Part shown: positions 1-7,943 of the stretch, one piece after another
Position numbering within the stretch: position 1 is the first letter of the stretch
Layout of the letters: every line of letters starts with the position of its first letter
Made by a program: the position numbers and the translations under genes
The notes under the pieces: model-generated
Told to the model about the DNA's origin: nothing
The model's input: only the letters and a program-made list of their open reading frames with translations
The model's database searches: none
NCBI RefSeq assembly: GCF_004014855.1
Contig: NZ_CP034930.1
Coordinates: 2,025,716 to 2,089,715, forward strand
Length of the DNA stretch: 64,000 bases
Origin: Apibacter raozihei
Lineage (GTDB): Bacteria; Bacteroidota; Bacteroidia; Flavobacteriales; Weeksellaceae
Direction: 5' to 3'

Positions 1-2
1 TT

Positions 3-518
3 ACCATTGAACATTTTGATAAAATGACAAGAGATGAATTCGATAAAGTGCTGGCAGTAAATACGACAGGAGTATGGCTTTGCTGTAGAGAAGCCGCCAA
101 ATATATGGTTAAGCAGGGGACTGGTGGACGATTAATCAATTCTTCTTCCGGGCAGGGAAGAAAAGGATTTATTTATACTCCGCATTATGCCGCCAGTAAA
201 ATGGGAGTAATAGGAATAACACAAAGCTTAGCTTTAGAGTTGGCTCCACATAGCATAACTGTAAATGCGTTTTGTCCGGGAATTATCGTTACAGATATGT
301 GGGAATATAACGACAGAGTTTGGGGGCAAATCTTAAGCACAGAAAAAAAGAAATATCAAAAAGGAGAGCTGATGGCCGAATGGGTGGAAGGGATACCTTT
401 AGGAAGAGCAGGACAGCCAGAAGACGTATCCGGGTTAATCGCATTTTTAGCCTCTGAAGATGCATCGTATATTACAGGTCAAACCATAAACATAGATGGA
501 GGAATGTTTTTCTCATAA
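3..518 (+). CDS. SDR-family short-chain dehydrogenase/reductase, C-terminal part; the 5' end lies upstream of the window
   Basis: The translation has the catalytic Y-x3-K (YAASK) and the C-terminal segment of classical SDRs. The frame is open to the window edge. Confidence 0.7.
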   Translation, partial: TIEHFDKMTRDEFDKVLAVNTTGVWLCCREAAKYMVKQGTGGRLINSSSGQGRKGFIYTPHYAASKMGVIGITQSLALELAPHSITVNAFCPGIIVTDMWEYNDRVWGQILSTEKKKYQKGELMAEWVEGIPLGRAGQPEDVSGLIAFLASEDASYITGQTINIDGGMFFS

Positions 519-649
519 AACAAAAAAAAAAGAATTTGAATCCAGTTAATTTATAAGATTTAATTAACTATTAAACTTATTATTATCAGTGAGATATGAA
601 TCTTGCTTAGGATTCCTATTCACTAATATTTAACAAAAAAGAAGATCTT

Positions 650-1936
650 ATGGAAAAAAATAGTTCATATACGACAGTTCAGAGTTCAGGTAAAACAGTG
701 TTAGGGCTAAATGTAGATTTAATCTGGGGATTAGTAGGTGTTTTATTCTTTATTGTAGGGGACGGACTGGAGCAGGCTTGGATATCGCCGTTTCTTATAG
801 ATAAAGGTATGGTGGTAGAAGAAACAGCTACTTTAATTTCAATTTATGGAATAGCTGTGGCGATAGGTGCTTGGTTTTCAGGTGTTTTAGCGGAAGCCTG
901 GGGGCCGCGGAAAACCATGCTGGTAGGTGCTTTACTTTGGATTGTCGGCCAGTTGTTATTTTTACTGGTTGCCCTGCCTACGATGAGTTTTGCCATTATG
1001 ATACCTACCTATTGCGTTCGTGGGTTTGGATATCCGTTATTTTGTTACTCCTATCTGGTTTGGATAACCTATAAAAATAAACCCGAAACACTTGCCACAG
1101 CTGTAGGATGGTTCTTTGTAGCCTTTACCGGAGGCTTATATGTAGTATCCAATCTATTCGCTTCTTTTATGATGCCAATCATAGGAAGCATAGGGTTACT
1201 ATGGAGCGCTTTGATATGGGTTTTGATAGGAGTGGTCATTATTTGTGTGGCAGTTAAAGGAAGTATTCACGGAAATATAGGATACAAAGAACAACTCAAA
1301 ATATTACTTAGCGGAATTACCATAATTAAAAAGAATCCTAGAGTAGGAGTGGGGGGATTAGTTCGTCTAATTAATGGAACTTCACAGTTTGCAATGCCGG
1401 TATTTTATCCTCTTTTTTTGTCACAGTATGGAATAAGTACCGAACAATGGCTTCAGATATGGGCCTTAGTATTCTTTGTCAATATATTTTTCAATATTTT
1501 TTGGGGGATAGTAGGCGATAAAATCGGTTGGGGTAAAGCTGTTCAGATTTTTGGAGGTTTCGGATGTGGAACTGTATTACTTCTTATGGCTTTTGCTCCT
1601 CCGTTTTTTGAGGGTAATTTTATAGCAATGATGGTGGTAGGAGCATTATACGGGGCCTTCATCGCAGGATTTGCCCCGCTCACTGCATTAGTTCCTTCCT
1701 TAGAACCTGAATATAAAGGAGCTACGATAACCATGATCAATTTAGGTGCAGGATTATCCAGTTTTGTAGGTCCGTTAATTGTAGCGTTGGGTATTGCTCA
1801 GCTTAAAGCACAGGGAATTCTTATATTTCTAGCAGTTCTGTACTATCTGAGTATAATATTAATGAATTATGTTAAAAAACCTGAAGTTGAGCGAAGAAGA
1901 GCTGCTAAATTAAATCAAGTGAATGTAAAAATATAA
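650..1936 (+). CDS. MFS transporter
   Basis: 428 aa, about 12 predicted TM helices in two six-helix halves, with Gly-rich MFS-like loops. Confidence 0.7.
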   Translation: MEKNSSYTTVQSSGKTVLGLNVDLIWGLVGVLFFIVGDGLEQAWISPFLIDKGMVVEETATLISIYGIAVAIGAWFSGVLAEAWGPRKTMLVGALLWIVGQLLFLLVALPTMSFAIMIPTYCVRGFGYPLFCYSYLVWITYKNKPETLATAVGWFFVAFTGGLYVVSNLFASFMMPIIGSIGLLWSALIWVLIGVVIICVAVKGSIHGNIGYKEQLKILLSGITIIKKNPRVGVGGLVRLINGTSQFAMPVFYPLFLSQYGISTEQWLQIWALVFFVNIFFNIFWGIVGDKIGWGKAVQIFGGFGCGTVLLLMAFAPPFFEGNFIAMMVVGALYGAFIAGFAPLTALVPSLEPEYKGATITMINLGAGLSSFVGPLIVALGIAQLKAQGILIFLAVLYYLSIILMNYVKKPEVERRRAAKLNQVNVKI

Positions 1937-1968
1937 ATGACATGTACTGAGTACATACTACTTATTTT

Positions 1969-2003
1969 TAAAGAAAAAGATGGAATTTTCCATCTTTTTC
2001 TTT
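1969..2003. terminator. Perfect palindromic hairpin (GAAAAAGATGGAA..TTCCATCTTTTTC) in T-rich context, between the MFS and NCS2 genes
   Basis: A 13-bp perfect inverted repeat seen directly in the sequence, followed by a T-run. Confidence 0.6.
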
Positions 2004-2088
2004 ATTTAAATACGCAATTACTAAAAACGATTAATTTTTTGTTCTTACTTTTGCCACAAAAAACTAAACTAAATTTTAACTAATTATC

Positions 2089-3435
2089 ATGCGTACCTTA
2101 ATAAGTAGCTATTTTCAGCTAAAAGAGAACAATACTACCATAAAAAAAGAACTGACGGCTGGTTTAATAACCTTTCTTACCATGTCGTATATTCTCATAG
2201 TAAATCCCAGTATATTATCGGAAACAGGGATGGATAAAGAAGCCTTATTTACAACTACAGCAATAGCAACTATTTTTGCTACCTTGCTAATGGGTATATT
2301 TGCCAAACTTCCGATTGCACAAGGACCAGGTATGGGGTTGAACAGTTTTTTTGCCTTTTCCGTGGTTTTAGGTTTGGGATATTCCTGGCAGTTTGCCCTT
2401 ACAGCGGTATTTATAGAAGGAATTATATTTATTCTTTTAACATTTTTTAATATCAGGGAGTTAATTGTTAAGAGCATACCGAAAGTTTTGAAAGAAGCCA
2501 TACCTGCCGGTATTGGGTTGTTCATTACTCTAATTGGTTTAAAAGGAGCAGGAATTATTGTATCTAATCCAAATACCTTAGTAAGTTTGGGAGATTTTTC
2601 CCAGCATTCAGTATGGATGGCATTTACCGGATTATTAATAACGGCTGTTTTGTTTGCAAGAAACATCAACGGAGCCATATTAGTGGGAATCGTAGTAGCA
2701 AGTCTATTCGGTTTTATTCTGGGTGATGTTGCTTTGCCTGAAACTTCTCTAATCAGTTTACCACCGTCAATCGAACCTATTTTTGGTAAAGCCATAGAGC
2801 CTATGATGACTGCCCAGGGATGGAAACAGATTTTTTCAATTGATATGTTGTTAGTGGTTTTTACTTTTTTGTTTGTCAATTTATTCGACACGGTAGGTAC
2901 CTTAATCGGAGTAGTATCTAAAATAGGATTAACCGATGAAGAAGGAAACTTTCCGCAAATGAAAAAAGCATTGTTTTCCGATGCATTAGGAACCACTGTG
3001 GGAGCCATTTTAGGAACCAGTACCATAACTTCTTATGTAGAAAGTGCTTCCGGAGTTGCTTCCGGTGGAAGAACAGGATTGACAGCCGTAGGAACTGCAT
3101 TAATGTTTATTTTAGCTTTATTTCTGGCTCCTTTGTTTTTAATGGTTCCCGCAGCTGCTACAGCACCCGCATTGATTATTGTAGGGCTGTTTATGATATC
3201 TTCGGTAGTTAAAATAAACTTTACGGATATTACCGAAGGATTACCTGCATTTTTAACTATAGCCTTTATGCCTTTTACATACAGCATAGCAGAAGGTATC
3301 GTATACGGAATGCTTAGTTATATGTTACTCAAAGTATTTACAGGAAAATACAAAGAAGTAACTCCGACTGTTTATGTAGTTTCTATTTTATTTTTTGTGA
3401 AAATAGTAATGGATGCTTCACATATATTGGGATGA
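2089..3435 (+). CDS. NCS2-family nucleobase permease (AzgA/AdeP-like purine permease)
   Basis: 448 aa polytopic membrane protein. The N-terminus resembles AzgA-type adenine/guanine/hypoxanthine permeases. Confidence 0.75.
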   Translation: MRTLISSYFQLKENNTTIKKELTAGLITFLTMSYILIVNPSILSETGMDKEALFTTTAIATIFATLLMGIFAKLPIAQGPGMGLNSFFAFSVVLGLGYSWQFALTAVFIEGIIFILLTFFNIRELIVKSIPKVLKEAIPAGIGLFITLIGLKGAGIIVSNPNTLVSLGDFSQHSVWMAFTGLLITAVLFARNINGAILVGIVVASLFGFILGDVALPETSLISLPPSIEPIFGKAIEPMMTAQGWKQIFSIDMLLVVFTFLFVNLFDTVGTLIGVVSKIGLTDEEGNFPQMKKALFSDALGTTVGAILGTSTITSYVESASGVASGGRTGLTAVGTALMFILALFLAPLFLMVPAAATAPALIIVGLFMISSVVKINFTDITEGLPAFLTIAFMPFTYSIAEGIVYGMLSYMLLKVFTGKYKEVTPTVYVVSILFFVKIVMDASHILG

Positions 3436-3503
3436 AAAATAATTAGTGTATATGTAAGGGACTAATCATATTCCGTCATACCAATTACCACCGTGCCAAT
3501 TTC

Positions 3504-3737
3504 GTTGGGAATGGTCTATATTTGAAGGCTAATCACAACAGAAAAACCTTGAATTTGTTTTAATTCAGAGTTGGGAATGGTCTATATTTGAAGGCTAATC
3601 ACAACTGTATGTTTGTAGTCATAATAGGATACATTGTTGGGAATGGTCTATATTTGAAGGCTAATCACAACCAAAACTAGAAACTCCATAATGCCTTAGT
3701 CGTTGGGAATGGTCTATATTTGAAGGCTACTCACAAC
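3504..3737 (+). CRISPR. Type VI-B CRISPR array: 4 repeats of 36 bp (GTTGGGAATGGTCTATATTTGAAGGCTAATCACAAC), 3 spacers of 30 bp
   Basis: Repeats at 3504-3539, 3570-3605, 3636-3671 and 3702-3737. The last repeat is degenerate (CTAATC to CTACTC). The repeat begins GTTG and ends CAAC, is 36 nt with 30-nt spacers, and shares about 25/36 positions including the 3' TAATCACAAC with the B. zoohelcum Cas13b repeat as I recall it. It lies directly upstream of the cas13b-like gene. Confidence 0.92.
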
Positions 3738-3819
3738 TACCTATTTCTATATATTTTGCTCTTTTTAAATTGGTTTTTATAATAGATATACCAGAAAATA
3801 GAATCTCAAAAAAGTCTAT

Positions 3820-3860
3820 ACAGGGGAATAAAAATGTAATTTTACCCCTGTTTTCTTATT
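3820..3860 (+). terminator. Stem-loop ACAGGGG(N18)CCCCTGT followed by a T-run, between the array and cas13b
   Basis: A GC-rich 7-bp stem seen in the sequence, followed by TTTTCTTATT. It may terminate the pre-crRNA transcript. Confidence 0.4.
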
Positions 3861-3942
3861 CAATGCTGAAATTTTTTATAATCTCTAATCTGTTTTACGA
3901 TAAAATATTTTATCTTAGCTCATCGCTTGAAAATCTGTTTTT

Positions 3943-6900
3943 ATGAAAACTTTAGGGGCTTTATCTTCACATAATTACAATAATAAAAAGTATTATTTTT
4001 CCGGATTACTAAATACGGCACAGTATAATTTTAATTTAGCCTTGCAGGAGGTCAATGACCGGTTAGGGAAAAAGGGAAAAAATCCGGGGAAAACTATGAT
4101 TAAAAATATTTTTGATCAGAAAGATTCTTTTTCAACCCAAGAACGTGCAATGTATTATTTGGAAGAATTTTTTCCCTGGATTTTTTTAGTAATGAAACAA
4201 TCAGGTATAAACATACCTACGGAAGAGCAGGAAACGAAATTGCATAAAGAGGAAATTCAGCTAATACAGGAACATCTTATTTCTTTATATGAATTGCTCG
4301 ATGATTTACGCAATGAACAAACCCATTATATGCACGATCCGGTTATTATTCCGGAAGAAGTTTCGAAAATGCTGGATGCTCTTTTATTGCAGATTCTTAA
4401 AAATACCCGAAAAAAGTGTAAGGACGACGAATACCGTACATTTATAGTTAAAAAGTATCAGGAAGAATTTCAGAAAGAGATTAAAGTGCAGGTAAAAGAT
4501 AGATTTGGTAAAGAAAAAGAAAAGATAGTAACCGGAGAGGTAAAAGAAAACTATGTAATTAACCGATGTTTCAGGAAATGGATTCAAAAAGAAGGAGAAG
4601 AAGAAACACTCAGGTATTCTACCGTACAGGAAGAACAAGGAAAGTATGTTTGGTCTTCCTCAGGATTTGTTTTCTTTTTATCCTTGTTTCTACGGCGTAA
4701 AGAGCTGGAAGATGTAATGAACCATGTACCGTATTTTAAAGACAGTCGAAAGTTACTGTTTTACCTAACAAGAAAAACCTTTTCTTCTTATTGTTTCCGG
4801 GATCTAAGAAAATCCCTAAGGAGCGATTATTCCAATGACTCCCTGCTTATGCAGATGATTGAGGAATTATATAAATGTCCCGGAGAATTATACGAAGTAT
4901 TGCTTAAAGAACAAAAGCAGGAATTTATTGAAGATATAAATGAATATTATAAAGATAATCCGGAGTTTGAAGGCTCTGCAAATGAGGCGCAGGTAATTCA
5001 TCCCGTAATACGGAAACGGTACCAGGATAAGTTTCCCTATTTCGCGCTTAGGTTTATAGATGAGTATTTTAATTTTCCTACACTTCGTTTTCAGCTGGTG
5101 CTGGGGGAATATGTCACAGACCGTAGAACAAAAGAATTACAGGGGACTGCTTTGTTTACAGATAGGGTAATTTCTCAAAGAATTAGTTATGTCGGAAAAC
5201 TGTCTGAAGCGGAAATGAACAAGAAGAGAGAAGGATATACAGAAACCGGATGGAAAGAATATCCCAATCCTTATTATAAGATTGAAAATAATCGGATACC
5301 TCTTTATATTGAGTTTTCAAAAAATGAAGAACTCATTTTTAAAGAAAAGAAATTTAAATATAACACTCTTGCTAAATGGGAAAATAGAGAGATAGATAAG
5401 AGGACAGGAGAATTTAATCAGGTAAACAAGCAAAGAAGAATAACTCAGTTGGAGGAATTTAAAATCGATAATCCTAAGAAAATGAAAACACCGAATGTTT
5501 TCCTGAGTATATACGAACTACCGGCTCTTTTACACGCATTGCTTATTGAGAAGAAAACAGAAGCAGAAATAGAAGACATTATTAAGGCAAAAATAAAAAA
5601 GCAACTGACGGAAATTGCCGAAGGAAGACGGAATTTGTCAGGATTACCTAAAGGGATAAAAAAAATGCGTAATTGTAATTCCGATTTTGAAAAAAAGAAA
5701 TTAATTAGTGATATAGATAACGAAATAAAAAAAGGAGAAAAAATACTAGAAGAAGTACAGCAGTGGCTCAACCCGGTTATTAATAAAAAAGGAACAGGTA
5801 AACAGGAAAATAACAAACCTTTTTTCTCTAATACGTATAGGGGGAAATACGCCACCTGGCTGGCATACGATATCAAACGGTTTACAGGAAAAGATCATAT
5901 ACAAAACTGGAAAGGCTATCAGTTTAGCGAATTACAAACCCTATTATCTTTATATACGTTGCGTAAAGAAGAGCTGAAAAACTTTTTAGAAAAAGACCTT
6001 CAGCTTACATCCCATCCTTTTTTAAAAGAAGCGTTAAAGGCAGTTAATCTGGAAGATTTTATGGGTGCTTATTTGCGTGGCAGGCAGTTTTTTTTAGAAA
6101 AAGCAAAAAAACAAATAGGCATAAAAGGAGTAAAGAAAAGTATTTTTCAGTATTTTGAAGAACGTAAATACAAGATTTATTCTTCTAATTTGGACTATTG
6201 GGAAGAATTGTGGAAACATCCGGTAAATCTGGATAGAGGACTTTTTGATGAGCGGGGTACAGTTTACAATAAAAACAAAGAATTAAATGATCTTCAAAAC
6301 CGGGCAGCTTGGTTTTCTTTTGCAGAAACAAACCCTAAACAGCAGTTTTATCATTTCCCAAGAATATATTCAGATGAGGATATAACAAAACCGGTCACCG
6401 ATAGATATGGGAAAACAAAAGAAAAACTAATACTATTTAAATTATCTCCACAAAAAGGTTTTATGGAGCAGATTCCTTCGGATTTGAAAAAGAAGTATCA
6501 GGAAGATAAAGGAAAGGTAGAGCATCCGGAAGTGCAAAAGGAAAAAAAGTACGAAGAAAAAAAACATCCCGGCATTAATGCTTTTATAAAAAATGCATAT
6601 AAAAACGAACAGAAAATACGCAGGATTTCCCGGAATGATATTTTTCTTTATGAAATGGTAAAATACATGTTAAATAAAATTTCTCCTGCTACAGAATTTT
6701 CTTCTTTGGATAAGGTATGGCTAACCCGGATAGAAAGAGAAAAACAAGCTACAGAAGCCCGTGAACAATCTTTTAAGGAAAAGGGAGATACTTCAGAAAA
6801 TAAAATAAGACAAGATTACCTCTTGTCTTTTCCCATTACTCTCACTCTTTTTAACGATATAATTAAAGAAAAGGTTAAAATAAAAGATATAGGACGTTTC

Positions 6901-7425
6901 CGTAAGCTGGAAAAAGATGAAAGGGTACAGACGATGATTAGCTATTATACTTCCGGTTTGTGGAAGAATGACCAACCCAGCCTAACTATAAAAGAATTGG
7001 AAGCTGAGCTTGAAAGTTATCATAAAATCAGGCTTCAGGAAATATTCAAAGAAGTACATAAGCTGGAAAAAGAAATTTATGAATTTACACCCGAAGAGGA
7101 TAAAAGTAAGTTATTAGCCCGAGAGAGTTTTCCTAAATTTAAATATTATATTTCTTTTTATTTTATACCTAAAGAAGATCAGGAGGTTTTTAACGAAATT
7201 CAATTCGATAAGTATAAAAATTTGGAACAGATACCAGGAAGAAAGCCGGAATACGATCCGTATTATTTGTTAATCTTTATTCGCAATAAATTTGCCCATA
7301 ATCAGCTTCCGGCAGAGCCAATATATAAAACAGCTCTTACTTTTTTGCCTAATAATTTTAATACTTTAGCAGAATATTATCACAAATTATTTATTCTTCT
7401 GAATAATAAAAATTATAACAACTAA
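3943..7425 (+). CDS. cas13b: Cas13b (C2c6), type VI-B RNA-guided RNase
   Basis: 1160 aa. HEPN motif 1 is RNEQTH near aa 120 and HEPN motif 2 is RNKFAHNQ near aa 1120, both R-X4-H, placed as in known Cas13b. The N-terminus (YFSGLLNTAQ..) resembles the Bergeyella Cas13b N-terminus. The gene is adjacent to a VI-B-type array. Confidence 0.9.
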   Translation: MKTLGALSSHNYNNKKYYFSGLLNTAQYNFNLALQEVNDRLGKKGKNPGKTMIKNIFDQKDSFSTQERAMYYLEEFFPWIFLVMKQSGINIPTEEQETKLHKEEIQLIQEHLISLYELLDDLRNEQTHYMHDPVIIPEEVSKMLDALLLQILKNTRKKCKDDEYRTFIVKKYQEEFQKEIKVQVKDRFGKEKEKIVTGEVKENYVINRCFRKWIQKEGEEETLRYSTVQEEQGKYVWSSSGFVFFLSLFLRRKELEDVMNHVPYFKDSRKLLFYLTRKTFSSYCFRDLRKSLRSDYSNDSLLMQMIEELYKCPGELYEVLLKEQKQEFIEDINEYYKDNPEFEGSANEAQVIHPVIRKRYQDKFPYFALRFIDEYFNFPTLRFQLVLGEYVTDRRTKELQGTALFTDRVISQRISYVGKLSEAEMNKKREGYTETGWKEYPNPYYKIENNRIPLYIEFSKNEELIFKEKKFKYNTLAKWENREIDKRTGEFNQVNKQRRITQLEEFKIDNPKKMKTPNVFLSIYELPALLHALLIEKKTEAEIEDIIKAKIKKQLTEIAEGRRNLSGLPKGIKKMRNCNSDFEKKKLISDIDNEIKKGEKILEEVQQWLNPVINKKGTGKQENNKPFFSNTYRGKYATWLAYDIKRFTGKDHIQNWKGYQFSELQTLLSLYTLRKEELKNFLEKDLQLTSHPFLKEALKAVNLEDFMGAYLRGRQFFLEKAKKQIGIKGVKKSIFQYFEERKYKIYSSNLDYWEELWKHPVNLDRGLFDERGTVYNKNKELNDLQNRAAWFSFAETNPKQQFYHFPRIYSDEDITKPVTDRYGKTKEKLILFKLSPQKGFMEQIPSDLKKKYQEDKGKVEHPEVQKEKKYEEKKHPGINAFIKNAYKNEQKIRRISRNDIFLYEMVKYMLNKISPATEFSSLDKVWLTRIEREKQATEAREQSFKEKGDTSENKIRQDYLLSFPITLTLFNDIIKEKVKIKDIGRFRKLEKDERVQTMISYYTSGLWKNDQPSLTIKELEAELESYHKIRLQEIFKEVHKLEKEIYEFTPEEDKSKLLARESFPKFKYYISFYFIPKEDQEVFNEIQFDKYKNLEQIPGRKPEYDPYYLLIFIRNKFAHNQLPAEPIYKTALTFLPNNFNTLAEYYHKLFILLNNKNYNN

Positions 7426-7617
7426 TTGTATATTAAATTTTAGTAATTTAACAGGTGGCTTTATAAATTAAAAATGGTTGTATGTATAAATGATTAAAAA
7501 TTAAATAATAATCGTTTATCATCGTCTCTAAATTCCTCAAAATAAAGAATTAATTAACACAAGAGTTGTAATAAATTTGTAAAAATCATAGTATTTGATA
7601 AATTAATTCAGATTTTA

Positions 7618-7648
7618 TTGTTTAATTTCACATAAAATACTATATTTG
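7618..7648 (+). promoter_or_regulatory. Candidate Bacteroidetes sigma-A promoter (TTG at -33, TATATTTG at -7) placing the TSS at the a1 repeat of the ncRNA
   Basis: TATATTTG at 7641-7648 matches the TAnnTTTG -7 consensus, and a TTG sits about 20 bp upstream. The predicted start is near 7654, exactly where the a1 inverted repeat begins. Confidence 0.4.
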
Positions 7649-7653
7649 TTCAG

Positions 7654-7873
7654 GGTTAAAAAATACCTTGCTTTTCTGAATAAGAAAAAGATGATGTATC
7701 GTCATCGGTGAGCTATTGCTAGACATTCGGCACTACCTGCAATCTTTATGGGGAGAGTAACTACTATACGTATGGTTACGGTTCTCCTCTCCACGAGTTT
7801 AACCATACGTATAGTAGTTACTCTCTGGAGTTGATTGATATAGTCCTTAGAAAATACGAAGGTTTTTTAACCT
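7654..7873 (+). ncRNA. Retron-like msr/msd non-coding RNA: a1 (GGTTAAAAAATACCTT) and a2 (AAGGTTTTTTAACC) inverted repeats flanking small msr hairpins and a perfect 26-bp msd stem-loop (7753-7825)
   Basis: a1 at 7654-7669 and a2 at 7859-7872 are reverse complements apart from a 2-nt bulge. The arm GAGAGTAACTACTATACGTATGGTTA pairs perfectly with 7800-7825 across a 21-nt loop. A small hairpin GATGA(N7)TCATC sits at 7691-7707. The layout directly upstream of an RT gene is the canonical retron arrangement. Confidence 0.6.
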
Positions 7874-7874
7874 G

Positions 7875-7918
7875 AAAGCCCTATTTTATTGATAAATAAA
7901 ACAGGGCTTTTATTTTTA
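7875..7918 (+). terminator. Hairpin AAAGCCCTATTTTA..TAAAACAGGGCTTT plus T-run between a2 and the RT start codon (possible attenuator)
   Basis: A 14-bp stem with one mismatch, followed by TTTTATTTTTAT, about 25 bp before the ATG at 7944. Confidence 0.4.
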
Positions 7919-7943
7919 TGATCATTAATTATAGAAAAGGCTT

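Noticed and set aside
2115-3026. 303-aa ORF antisense to the NCS2 permease, plus nested 60- and 84-aa ORFs
   Set aside because: It lies fully inside a well-supported membrane-transporter gene on the other strand. The translation is low-complexity with no motifs, so it is a spurious ORF.
3436-7943. Search for csx27/csx28, cas1 or cas2 in the flanks of cas13b
   Set aside because: There is no ORF of 60 aa or more on either strand in 3436-3942 or 7426-7943. The non-coding DNA downstream is accounted for by the retron-like promoter and ncRNA.
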